DNA of 24,000 nt from an uncultured Actinomycetota bacterium (GTDB lineage: Bacteria; Actinomycetota; Actinomycetes; Mycobacteriales; Pseudonocardiaceae): positions 947,131 through 971,130 of the forward strand of contig CAWGVZ010000004.1 of assembly GCA_963826035.1 (NCBI GenBank). Direction: 5' to 3'. Made by a program: the position numbers and the translations under genes. Each line of letters starts with the position of its first letter. Within the stretch, counting starts at the first letter, position 1. Below, in pieces: positions 1 through 8,928 of this stretch. The notes beneath the pieces are model-generated. The model made no database searches and was not told where the DNA came from. It saw nothing but the letters and a program-made list of their open reading frames with translations.

Positions 1-513
1 GGGGTGATCGGGCTGCAGCTGCTGCCGGTGCTCGGCACGGTCGGCCCTGTGCGGGAGGCCGAGCCGGCGGCGGCCGCGCTCGGCGAGGCGTTCCAGCTGA
101 CCAACTTCCTGCGTGACATCGGCGAGGACCTCGACCGCGGGCGGCTGTACCTGCCGGCCGACGAACTGGCGGCGTTCGGCGTCGACCGCGACCGCCTGCT
201 GCGCGCACACCGCGACGGGCGTCCCGACCCGGCGGTCCGGCGGGCGCTCGCCCACCTGGTGTCCTACACCCACGCCGTGTACCGGCGGGCCGAGCCGGGC
301 ATCGCGTTGCTGCGTCCGGAGTCCCGGCCCGGCATCCGCACGGCCGCCCTGCTGTACCGGCGGATCCTCGACGAGATCGTGGCCAGCGACTACGCGGTAC
401 TCGGCCGGCGCGTGGTGGTGCCGACCCATCGCAGGCTGGCGCTCGCCGCGCCCGGACTCGCGCTGGCCATGTTCCGCGCGCTGCCCTTTCGAGCGCCCGG
501 CGGTACCCGATAA
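1..513 (+). CDS. Phytoene/squalene synthase family protein, C-terminal part (5' end outside the window)
   Basis: The translation contains the second Asp-rich region typical of trans-isoprenyl diphosphate synthases (head-to-head): [26 protein letters not shown]. The ORF runs from the window edge to the stop at 511-513. Confidence 0.8.
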   Translation, partial: GVIGLQLLPVLGTVGPVREAEPAAAALGEAFQLTNFLRDIGEDLDRGRLYLPADELAAFGVDRDRLLRAHRDGRPDPAVRRALAHLVSYTHAVYRRAEPGIALLRPESRPGIRTAALLYRRILDEIVASDYAVLGRRVVVPTHRRLALAAPGLALAMFRALPFRAPGGTR

Positions 514-564
514 CCCGCACCACCACCGCTGTGTCCACCGCCGCCCCGGCGAGACCCTCCTGAT

Positions 565-617
565 GCAGGGAAGGCGTCGTTCCCTGCGGTCAACGCGGTG
601 AAGGCGTCGTTCACCGC
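565..617 (+). repeat. Two tandem 23-nt stem-loops (565-587 and 595-617, period 30 nt) with 8-bp stems and an identical 7-nt loop GGCGTCG
   Basis: Hairpin 1 is gcagggaa-ggcgtcg-ttccctgc. Hairpin 2 is gcggtgaa-ggcgtcg-ttcaccgc. The two stem differences are both compensated (a-t to g-c, g-c to t-a). The pair lies between the phytoene-synthase stop (513) and the SD/ATG of the next gene (635-651). Confidence 0.6.
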
Positions 618-648
618 ACGACCGGTCCGGTAGCGAGGAGGCGTGCCG

Positions 649-1395
649 ATGCCAGCTGGACTCGCGCTGGCTCTGGCCGCCCTGCTGATCGCCGCCGGGC
701 TGCCCAAGCTCATCCGGCCCCGCCACGTGGCGCGCGCCATGCGCCGGGCGTTCGGCCACCGGACCCGCCTACCACTGGAGCTACTCGGGCGGCTGCTCGG
801 CGCGTGGGAACTGGTCCTCGCCGCCGCGTTGCTCACCGTGCCCTGGGTGGCCGTGGCCGCCGCCGGCGCCGTCACGTTCCTCGGCTTCGCCGGGTTCGTG
901 GTGGCGGCCGTCCGCCGCGGCACGTCGTGCGGTTGCTGGGCATCGCTGTCCGAAGGGCCGGCCGGCGGCGCCGAACTGGCCCGCACGGGCACGCTCGCCC
1001 TCGCCGCGCTCGGCCTGCTCGCGCTCCGGCTCACCGGCGCCGAGGAGACGGCCGTCGGGCTCGCCGCACTCGGCTGGACGCTCGCGACGCTCGGCCTGAC
1101 CTGGCTGGCCGCCGTCGTGGGCGGCCGGCTCGGCCCGAAACCGCCGGAGAAGGTCACGCGGCGGCTGGCGCTGCAGACCCCACCGACCCGGCTCGGCCGC
1201 GGCCTGAGCAGGGCGGCGTTCCTGGCCGGCTGGGTGCACGCCGGCACCCCACGCGACAGCCGCCGTTACGTGGCCGCCCTGGGGGCGGCGGAGGTCAGAA
1301 AGCGAGCGCCTGCGCCCGGCGCTTCACCTCACGACCGCCCGTCGCCCGCAACGCCTGGATCGGCGACCCTCCGGGCAACGTCTCGTCGGCGGTGA
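649..1395 (+). CDS. MauE/DoxX-like integral membrane protein
   Basis: Several hydrophobic helices and a CGCW motif (RRGTSCGCWASL) resembling the MauE family. GAGGAGG at 635-641 sits 7 nt before the ATG at 649, whereas the GTG at 643 is too close to the SD. The C-terminal ~80 aa are low complexity, and the last 101 nt overlap the convergent gene. Confidence 0.6.
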   Translation: MPAGLALALAALLIAAGLPKLIRPRHVARAMRRAFGHRTRLPLELLGRLLGAWELVLAAALLTVPWVAVAAAGAVTFLGFAGFVVAAVRRGTSCGCWASLSEGPAGGAELARTGTLALAALGLLALRLTGAEETAVGLAALGWTLATLGLTWLAAVVGGRLGPKPPEKVTRRLALQTPPTRLGRGLSRAAFLAGWVHAGTPRDSRRYVAALGAAEVRKRAPAPGASPHDRPSPATPGSATLRATSRRR

Positions 1396-1702
1396 ACAAC
1401 CATCCGATCATCTCGTTCGGCCCGAAACCGGCGTCGGAGAGGACCGTGATGGTGCCGGGCAGGCCCTTCACGATCTCACCGTCGTCAGTCAGGAACTCGG
1501 CCGGCACCATCAGGATCCCGGCACGGCGGATCGCGAGCAGGTGACCGTCCCGAAGGGCCTGGTGCACTCGGGTGATCGGTTGGTCCAGCCGCTCGGCCAC
1601 ATCGGGCAGTGGCAGCAACTCGACCGTGGCATCGAGCACGTCTTTGGCAGCGGGGATCGAACTCACGGCACCAACGATGCCACATGATCGGCCGGCGGAC
1701 AT
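1295..1702 (-). CDS. Rv2175c-like helix-turn-helix DNA-binding protein (conserved partner of the adjacent kinase)
   Basis: The translation SSIPAAKDVLD...LPLPDVAERLDQPITRVHQALRDGHLLAIRRAG...WLFT...REVKRRAQALAF is collinear with my recollection of M. tuberculosis Rv2175c. It is divergent from a Ser/Thr kinase, as in Mtb. The start at ATG 1702 gives 135 aa, and the longer ORF to 1840 is an Arg/Pro-rich extension. Confidence 0.75.
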   Translation of the reverse strand: MSAGRSCGIVGAVSSIPAAKDVLDATVELLPLPDVAERLDQPITRVHQALRDGHLLAIRRAGILMVPAEFLTDDGEIVKGLPGTITVLSDAGFGPNEMIGWLFTADETLPGGSPIQALRATGGREVKRRAQALAF

Positions 1703-1757
1703 CACAGAATTGACGGGTTCACCACGCGGACGCGGAGGGCTCCGTACCATCACGGGC

Positions 1758-3914
1758 GTGGAGGAAAGGGGAGTCGGCCTCATCGGTTCGCTGCTGGAGC
1801 AGCGGTACCGGGTCGACGCGTTGCTCGCGCGCGGTGGCATGTCATCGGTCTACCGGGGTCTCGACACCCGGTTGGACCGCCGTGTGGCGATCAAGGTGAT
1901 GGACGCGCGCTTCGCCGACGACCGCACCTTCGTCGACCGCTTCGAGCGCGAAGCCCGCTCCGCCGCCAAGATCCACCACCACAACGTGGTCGCCGTGCAC
2001 GACCAGGGCGTCGACACGACCCCGGAAGGCAGCCGCGTCTACCTGGTGATGGAGCTGGTCGACGGCGGCACGCTGCGCGACCTGATCACCGACCGCGGAC
2101 CGCTGGACGTGCCGCTCGCCCTGTCCATCGTCGAGTCGGTGCTCACCGCGCTGACCGCCGCGCACAACGCCGGGCTCGTGCACCGCGACGTCAAGCCGGA
2201 GAACGTGCTGATCGGCCACGGCAGCGAGAACAGCTCGGTGGTGAAGGTCGGCGACTTCGGCCTGGTCCGGGCCATGCACAGCGCCGGCACCACCAGCTCC
2301 AGCGTCATCCTCGGCACGGTCGCCTACCTGTCGCCCGAGCAGGTCACCACCGGCTCGGCCTCCGCCCGCGGCGACGTCTACTCGGCCGGGATCGTGCTGT
2401 TCGAGGCGCTCACCGGCCGGCCGCCCTACACGGGCGACAACGCGCTGTCGATCGCCTACCGGCACGTGAACGACGACGTGCCCGCGCCCGGCCAGATCGT
2501 CGGCGGCATCCCGCCGGAGCTCGACGAGCTGGTGCTGCGGGTCACCCGGCGCGATCCGGCGGCGCGCCCGGCCGACGGCACGGCGTTCCTGCAGGAGCTG
2601 GAGAATCTCCGGGCGCGGCTGTCGATTCCCCGCGTGCCCGTGCCGATCCCCCGCCCGCATCAGCCCGACCGCACCATGCCCGTGTCGCCGGCCGACCGGG
2701 CAGCCGCGCTCGTGCCGCCGCCCACGGCCGCCGAACTCACCGACACGGACGTCGCCTCGGGCGAGCTGACGGTGAGCGCGGCGCCGGTCACCGGGGCCAC
2801 GAGCGTCGGCAACGCCACCATCGTGCGGCAGGCCCCCGCCGGGTTCCGGCCGGTCGGCCCGCAGGGCACCAGGGCGATGCTGCGCACCGACCTCGACCGG
2901 TCGGCGCCGATGCCGGACCCCGGCCCGCCGCTCCCGCAGTCCGGCCAGCTGCCGGTGCAGCAGCAGCCGCCGCCACCCCGCCAGCGCCCGCCCGGTCCGC
3001 CGCGCCCGGCGCCGCCGCCACGCAACCGGACCGGGCAGATCGTCATGTGGAGTGCGATCGCCGTGCTGGTGCTGGCGTTGGTCGGCACCACCACGTGGTG
3101 GTTCACCTCCGGCCGGTACCGCGCGGTGCCGGAGGTGGTCGGCAAGTCGGGGGACGAAGCCGCGCAGCTGCTGACCGCCAACGACCTCAAACCGAAGGTC
3201 ACGTCCGAGCGGCACAACACCGTCCCGGCCGGCACGGTGATCAGCACGGACCCCGGCGAGGGCGAGGAGTTGCTGCGCGGCGAGCCGGTGACGGTCGTCG
3301 TGTCGCTCGGCAGGCCGGTGGTGCCGAACGTGGAGCCGGGCGCCACCAAGGAGTCGGCCGAGCAGCTCATCGAGGATCAGAAACTGCAGTTCGGCTACGA
3401 CAACGGCAAGGACGACTACTCCAACGACGTGGAGAAGGGTCAGGTACTGCGGCTCGAGCCGGAGCCCGGGACCGAGGTCGAGATCGGCACCCGGGTGGTC
3501 ATCGTGGTCAGCAAGGGCCCCGAACCCAAGCCGATCCCCGACCTGAAGGGCAAAACCCGCGAGGAGGCGATCGAGGCGCTGGAGGACCTGGGGCTCGAAC
3601 CGAACATCGCCGAGCCGGAGTTCTCGCCGGACGTCGACAAGGACCGGGTAGTACGCACCGATCCGGAGGCCGGCACCGTGGTCGACGGCGAGGACAGAAG
3701 TGTCGACATCGTGCTGTCCACGGCCATCAAGGTGCCGAAGGTGACCGGCAAGCAGCTCAACGAGGCCAAACAGATCCTCCAGGAACTCGGTCTCAAGGTC
3801 GAAGTGACGTCCTTCGGCGGCGGTGGCAGGGGGCAGAAGGTGTACAGCCAGAGCCCGGGGCCGGACAGCCGGGTCGAGGAGAACGCGACGATCACCCTCT
3901 ACGCGTTCGGGTGA
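1758..3914 (+). CDS. Transmembrane Ser/Thr protein kinase with four C-terminal PASTA domains (pknL/pkaF-locus kinase)
   Basis: Hanks kinase motifs are present: GGMSSVYRG, VAIKV, HRDVKPEN, DFGL, SPEQ. A Pro-rich linker follows, then one TM helix (IVMWSAIAVLVLALVGTTTWWF) and four ~65-aa PASTA-like repeats (VPEVVGKSGDEA..., VPNVEPGATKE..., IPDLKGKTREE..., VPKVTGKQLNE...). The start is uncertain: GTG 1758 is preferred, because the in-frame ATG 1677 would overlap the divergent gene. Confidence 0.9.
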   Translation: MEERGVGLIGSLLEQRYRVDALLARGGMSSVYRGLDTRLDRRVAIKVMDARFADDRTFVDRFEREARSAAKIHHHNVVAVHDQGVDTTPEGSRVYLVMELVDGGTLRDLITDRGPLDVPLALSIVESVLTALTAAHNAGLVHRDVKPENVLIGHGSENSSVVKVGDFGLVRAMHSAGTTSSSVILGTVAYLSPEQVTTGSASARGDVYSAGIVLFEALTGRPPYTGDNALSIAYRHVNDDVPAPGQIVGGIPPELDELVLRVTRRDPAARPADGTAFLQELENLRARLSIPRVPVPIPRPHQPDRTMPVSPADRAAALVPPPTAAELTDTDVASGELTVSAAPVTGATSVGNATIVRQAPAGFRPVGPQGTRAMLRTDLDRSAPMPDPGPPLPQSGQLPVQQQPPPPRQRPPGPPRPAPPPRNRTGQIVMWSAIAVLVLALVGTTTWWFTSGRYRAVPEVVGKSGDEAAQLLTANDLKPKVTSERHNTVPAGTVISTDPGEGEELLRGEPVTVVVSLGRPVVPNVEPGATKESAEQLIEDQKLQFGYDNGKDDYSNDVEKGQVLRLEPEPGTEVEIGTRVVIVVSKGPEPKPIPDLKGKTREEAIEALEDLGLEPNIAEPEFSPDVDKDRVVRTDPEAGTVVDGEDRSVDIVLSTAIKVPKVTGKQLNEAKQILQELGLKVEVTSFGGGGRGQKVYSQSPGPDSRVEENATITLYAFG

Positions 3915-3975
3915 ACATCCAGGCTCTTCGCGTGCCCTTAACTCCCGGGTCACACGCCGCTGGTGGAGTGGACTC

Positions 3976-5175
3976 ATGGGTCACCTCAGCGGTCTTGACG
4001 TGGCGTTCCTCTGCCTGGAGCGACCGACCAGGCCGATGCACCTCGGCGCGGTCGCGATCTTCGACGGCCCGGCGGCGCCCGGCCTGCTGACGCTCCTCGC
4101 CGACCGGGCGGCCGGGACCCCGTTGCTCGGGCAGCGGATCGCCGGCCGTACCTGGCAGCCCGACCCGGCCTTCGACGCGACGCGGCACCTGCGCGCCTAC
4201 GAGGTGCCCGACCAGCGGGTGTTCGAGGCGTATGCCGCCGGGTGGCTCGCCACCCCGCTCGACCTGACCCGGCCGCCGTGGGACCTGCACGTGGTCACCG
4301 GCCTGCCCGGCGGACGGTTCGGCGTGTTGCTGAAGCTGCACCACGCGCTGACCGACGGCGCGGGGGCCGTCGGGATCGGTGGCGCGCTGCTGGACCTGGC
4401 GGCGCCGGTTCTGTCCGGCGGCCGGTCGGTCGCCCCGCTCACCCGGACGGTGTCGAACGCCGGTGCGGTGCTGCGTGCCGTCCGGCTCCCGCCGGTGCCG
4501 GCGCTGGTCACCTCCGCCGGCTCGGCCGGCAGGCGGTTGGCGTTCATCCGGCTCGACCTGGCCGACGTGCGGCAGATCCGCCGCCAGCACGGCGGCACCA
4601 CGAACGACGTGACGCTGGCCGTGCTGGCCGGCGGGCTGCGATCCTGGCTGGGCGAGCCATCCGCCACCCCGAGGGCGCTGATCCCGGTGAACACGCGGGC
4701 CAGGGGCGGTGGCGCCGGGGGCAACCAGCTGTCCGGCTACCTGTGCGATCTGCCGGTGGCCGTGGCCGATCCGGTGGCGCGGCTGCGGGCCGTCCGGTCG
4801 GCCATGGACCGCAACAAGGCGGCCGGCCCGACCCGGGGCGCCGGCACGCTGCCGCTATTGGCCGACCGGATTCCCGCGGCCCTGCACCGGGTGGGCACGC
4901 CGATCGCGGGCGCGGCCGCCCCGCTGCTGTTCGACACGGTGGTGACGAACGTGCCGCTGCCCCGGATGCCGCTGACACTGGGCGGTGCCCCGCTGCGCGA
5001 GATCTACCCGTTCGCACCGCTGGCCCCCGGCCACACACTGGGCGTCGGAGTCTCCGAGTACGGCGACACCGTCCACATCGGACTGATAGCCGACCGCGAC
5101 GCGGTGCCGGACCTGGACGTACTGGCCGCGTCGATCACCAAGGCCGCCACCACACTGCACGAACTCTGCGCGTAA
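3976..5175 (+). CDS. Wax ester synthase / diacylglycerol acyltransferase (WS/DGAT) family protein
   Basis: The N-terminus MGHLSGLDVAFLCLERPTRPMHLGAV and the catalytic HHxxxDG motif (LHHALTDGAG) are present. The SD GGTGGAG lies upstream of ATG 3976. At 399 aa it is rather short for the family. Confidence 0.85.
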   Translation: MGHLSGLDVAFLCLERPTRPMHLGAVAIFDGPAAPGLLTLLADRAAGTPLLGQRIAGRTWQPDPAFDATRHLRAYEVPDQRVFEAYAAGWLATPLDLTRPPWDLHVVTGLPGGRFGVLLKLHHALTDGAGAVGIGGALLDLAAPVLSGGRSVAPLTRTVSNAGAVLRAVRLPPVPALVTSAGSAGRRLAFIRLDLADVRQIRRQHGGTTNDVTLAVLAGGLRSWLGEPSATPRALIPVNTRARGGGAGGNQLSGYLCDLPVAVADPVARLRAVRSAMDRNKAAGPTRGAGTLPLLADRIPAALHRVGTPIAGAAAPLLFDTVVTNVPLPRMPLTLGGAPLREIYPFAPLAPGHTLGVGVSEYGDTVHIGLIADRDAVPDLDVLAASITKAATTLHELCA

Positions 5176-5182
5176 CCAGGGG

Positions 5183-6589
<1,407 letters not shown>

Positions 6590-6612
6590 TCACCCGCGAT
6601 TACGCTGGCCGC

Positions 6613-7065
6613 ATGGCCCCGACGTTGTACGAGTGGCTCGGCGGTGCGCCGGCGCTGGAGAAGCTGTTCGACACGTTCTACGACCACGTCCGCGACGACG
6701 AGATTCTCGCGCCCGTGTTCGCCAGCATGGACCCCGGCCACGCGCGCCACGTGGCCGCCTGGGTGGGCGAGGTGTTCGGCGGGCCGGCCGCGTACTCGAC
6801 CACCCGCGGCGGCCACCCGCACATGGTGGGCCGGCACGTCGGGCGCGCGATCACGGAGGTGCAGCGGCAGCGCTGGCTCGCACTGCTGCTGGAGACGGCC
6901 GACGAGGTGGGACTGCCGGCGGACCCGGAGTTCCGGGCGTCGCTGGTCGGCTATCTGGAGTGGGGCAGCCGGCTAGCCGTGATGTTCTCCGCACCAGACG
7001 CCGCCCCAACGGTTCCAGAGGCGATGCCCACTTGGGACTGGGCGAAACCCCCCTGGCAGGGCTGA
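6613..7065 (+). CDS. Group II truncated haemoglobin-like globin family protein
   Basis: MAPTLYEWLGGAPALEKLFDTFYDHV...FGGPAAY...PEFRASLVGYLEWGSRLAV matches the actinobacterial trHb-II-like family pattern. The ATG at 6613 is chosen over the upstream ATG at 6520, which would overlap aroG. Confidence 0.75.
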   Translation: MAPTLYEWLGGAPALEKLFDTFYDHVRDDEILAPVFASMDPGHARHVAAWVGEVFGGPAAYSTTRGGHPHMVGRHVGRAITEVQRQRWLALLLETADEVGLPADPEFRASLVGYLEWGSRLAVMFSAPDAAPTVPEAMPTWDWAKPPWQG

Positions 7066-7084
7066 CGCCAGTCACCCGACGGCG

Positions 7085-7147
7085 CGAGATCCCACTTCCC
7101 GCACACGAGATCGCGGTTCCGGCACACGAGATCGCACTTCCGGGTGC
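7085..7147. repeat. Tandem direct repeat, 3 x 21 bp
   Basis: The copies are cgagatcccacttcccgcaca, cgagatcgcggttccggcaca and cgagatcgcacttccgggtgc, starting at 7085, 7106 and 7127. The array begins 20 nt after the globin stop. Confidence 0.8.
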
Positions 7148-7167
7148 AACGGGGCAGGACCGCAACC

Positions 7168-7194
7168 CCGCTCGGCCGCAGCCGGGCCGAGCGG
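7168..7194. other. GC-rich stem-loop (10-bp stem, 7-nt loop) in a convergent intergenic region. It is followed by a second region (7206-7230) with two mutually exclusive hairpins
   Basis: cccgctcggcc (7167-7177) pairs with ggccgagcgg (7185-7194). aaccgct (7211-7217) pairs with agcggtt (7224-7230), competing with ggcgca (7206-7211) pairing with tgcgcc (7217-7222). There is no U-tract, so this is not a canonical intrinsic terminator. Confidence 0.4.
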
Positions 7195-7509
7195 TCCCCC
7201 AGTCGGGCGCAACCGCTGCGCCAAGCGGTTCAGGGGCGGCGGCGGGCACGGCGGGACAGGCGCCAGCCCGCCCCTAATACCTGGACTCAGGGCGGCGGAG
7301 ACTCACGGGTCAAGAGATGAGCGAAGCGAAATCGGCGAAACCGACGCCGCAGGCGCCCTTGACACGGGAGTGGCCGCCCGTACAAACCGCCGCCACCCCG
7401 AACCACCCCCGACCAAGACACTCGCAGGGAACACCATGATCGACAGCGGGCCACGGCCCCCCGTAAACCAGCGTACCGAGCAACACCGACAAAAATGCCA
7501 AGCACAGGC

Positions 7510-8880
7510 TCAGATCGACGGGCGCTCGTCGGCCCACGGGTGGGCACGCTCCACCTGACCCGACAACGAAAGCAGCCGAGCCTCCGACCGCGCCGGACCG
7601 ATCAGCTGCACACCCATCGGCAGGCCGGCGTCGTCGAAGCCCGCCGGCACGGCTGCCGCCGGATAGCCCAGCACGTTCCACGTCGGGTAGAACGGGATGC
7701 CCATGGTCAACGCGCCGAGCGTGTGCGACGCCCCGGCGCCGTGGAAGCGGCCGACCCTCGGCGGCCGGGCGGTCCAGCCCGGCTGGAGGATCACGTCGAA
7801 GTCCGCGAAGAACCGCATCATCGCCGCGTTCAGGCTGGCCTCCGCCGCGCGGACGCGGGCGAACAGCGCGTTCGGCAGCCGACGGCCGGCGGCCGCGATG
7901 CGCCGGGTGCGCGGCTCGAGCCACTCCGGGTGCGGCAGCGGGGCGACGTCGTCGGCCACACCCCGCAGGAAGCGGATCAGGAACTGCTGAGCCGCCCACG
8001 GCCCGTGCGGTGGTTGGGCCGCCACCACCTCGTGACCGAGCGCGCCGAGCCGGTCGGCGACCGTCCGCAGGGCCTGCTTGCGTTGCTTCTCAATCGGTGT
8101 CGGGCCCATCGGAGCACGCAGGGACACGGCGATCCGCAGCTTTCCCGGTTCGGTGTCGACCGCGTCGCGGTAGCCGCCCGGCTCGTCGGCGATCACGTCC
8201 AGCATGGCGGCCGCGTCCGCCACCCGGCGCCCGAGCGGGCCGACGACCGCGAGGCCGTTCCAGTGCTCCTCGTCGCCCATGTCGATCAGGCCGCGGGTGG
8301 TCTTGAGGCCGAACAGGCCGCAGAAGTTCGCGGGGATGCGGATCGACCCGCCACCGTCGGAACCCGTGGCCGCGCCGACCACGCCGGCCGCCACCGCGGC
8401 GGCCGAGCCGCCCGAGGAGCCGCCGGAAGTGTGGCCGAGGTGCCACGGGTTGCGGGTGGCGCCCCCGGTGAGCGACTCGGTGAACGGCCACAGGCAGCGG
8501 TCCGGCGTCCGGGTGTGCCCGACCAGCACCGCGCCGGCAGCCCGCAGCCGCGCGGCCGTCGGCGCGTCCGTCTCGGCTGGCGGGAACTGCGGCCGGCCAC
8601 CCATGGCCGTGACGTCACCGATCACGTCGAGGTCGTCCTTCACGGCGACCGGCACGCCGAGCAGCGGGCCGCGCTCCCCGGCGTCGAGCCGCCGCTGCGC
8701 GTCCTCGGCCTGCGCCCGTGCGTCGTCGGCCCAGACGACGCGGAACGCGTTCAGCTGGTCGTTGACCGCGCTCAACCGGGCGAGCACCGCGGCCAGCAGG
8801 TCCGGCGCCGTGACCGTCCCGTCCCGCAAAGCCCGCGCCTGCGCGTCCGCACCCGCCCACAGAAGCTCACCGAGGTCCAT
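7510..8880 (-). CDS. Amidase-signature family amidase
   Basis: 456 aa with the Gly/Ser-rich amidase signature [14 protein letters not shown] and the conserved VAVKD/GGSIRIPA blocks. An in-frame TAG 9 nt upstream of the ATG at 8880 fixes the start region. Confidence 0.9.
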   Translation of the reverse strand: MDLGELLWAGADAQARALRDGTVTAPDLLAAVLARLSAVNDQLNAFRVVWADDARAQAEDAQRRLDAGERGPLLGVPVAVKDDLDVIGDVTAMGGRPQFPPAETDAPTAARLRAAGAVLVGHTRTPDRCLWPFTESLTGGATRNPWHLGHTSGGSSGGSAAAVAAGVVGAATGSDGGGSIRIPANFCGLFGLKTTRGLIDMGDEEHWNGLAVVGPLGRRVADAAAMLDVIADEPGGYRDAVDTEPGKLRIAVSLRAPMGPTPIEKQRKQALRTVADRLGALGHEVVAAQPPHGPWAAQQFLIRFLRGVADDVAPLPHPEWLEPRTRRIAAAGRRLPNALFARVRAAEASLNAAMMRFFADFDVILQPGWTARPPRVGRFHGAGASHTLGALTMGIPFYPTWNVLGYPAAAVPAGFDDAGLPMGVQLIGPARSEARLLSLSGQVERAHPWADERPSI

Positions 8881-8907
8881 GGGCAGACTCTAGCCAGCGT
8901 CACGATG

Positions 8908-8928
8908 TTCGCTCCGCAAGCTCCGCTC
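8908..8928. repeat. Copy C of the 21-nt motif ttcgctccgcaagctccgctc (minus strand GAGCGGAGCTTGCGGAGCGAA)
   Basis: It is identical over 21 nt to the two copies at 14663-14683 and 14694-14714. It overlaps the pfkA stop codon (8927-8929) and lies in the 46-nt pfkA-amidase junction. Confidence 0.85.

Noticed and set aside
3823-3975. Upstream in-frame ATGs extending several genes (WS/DGAT 3823, globin 6520, pfkA 10009, TB16.3-like 15236, Rv2175c-like 1840)
   Set aside because: The extensions are Arg/Ser/Pro-rich and overlap neighbouring genes. They lack SD sequences, whereas the shorter starts match family N-termini and have SD-like sequences.
1842-3977. 711-aa ORF antisense to the PASTA kinase
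   Set aside because: It has the Arg/Gly/Pro/His-rich composition typical of shadow frames in high-GC DNA. It shows no recognisable motifs, and the opposite strand carries an unambiguous kinase.
7310-7558. Small ORFs in the globin-amidase spacer (69 aa on the minus strand, 40 aa on the plus strand)
   Set aside because: GC3 is about 70% or lower, against more than 90% in neighbouring genes. There is no recognisable family, and the starts are non-canonical or overlapping. They are kept only as a low-priority item inside a finding, not as features.
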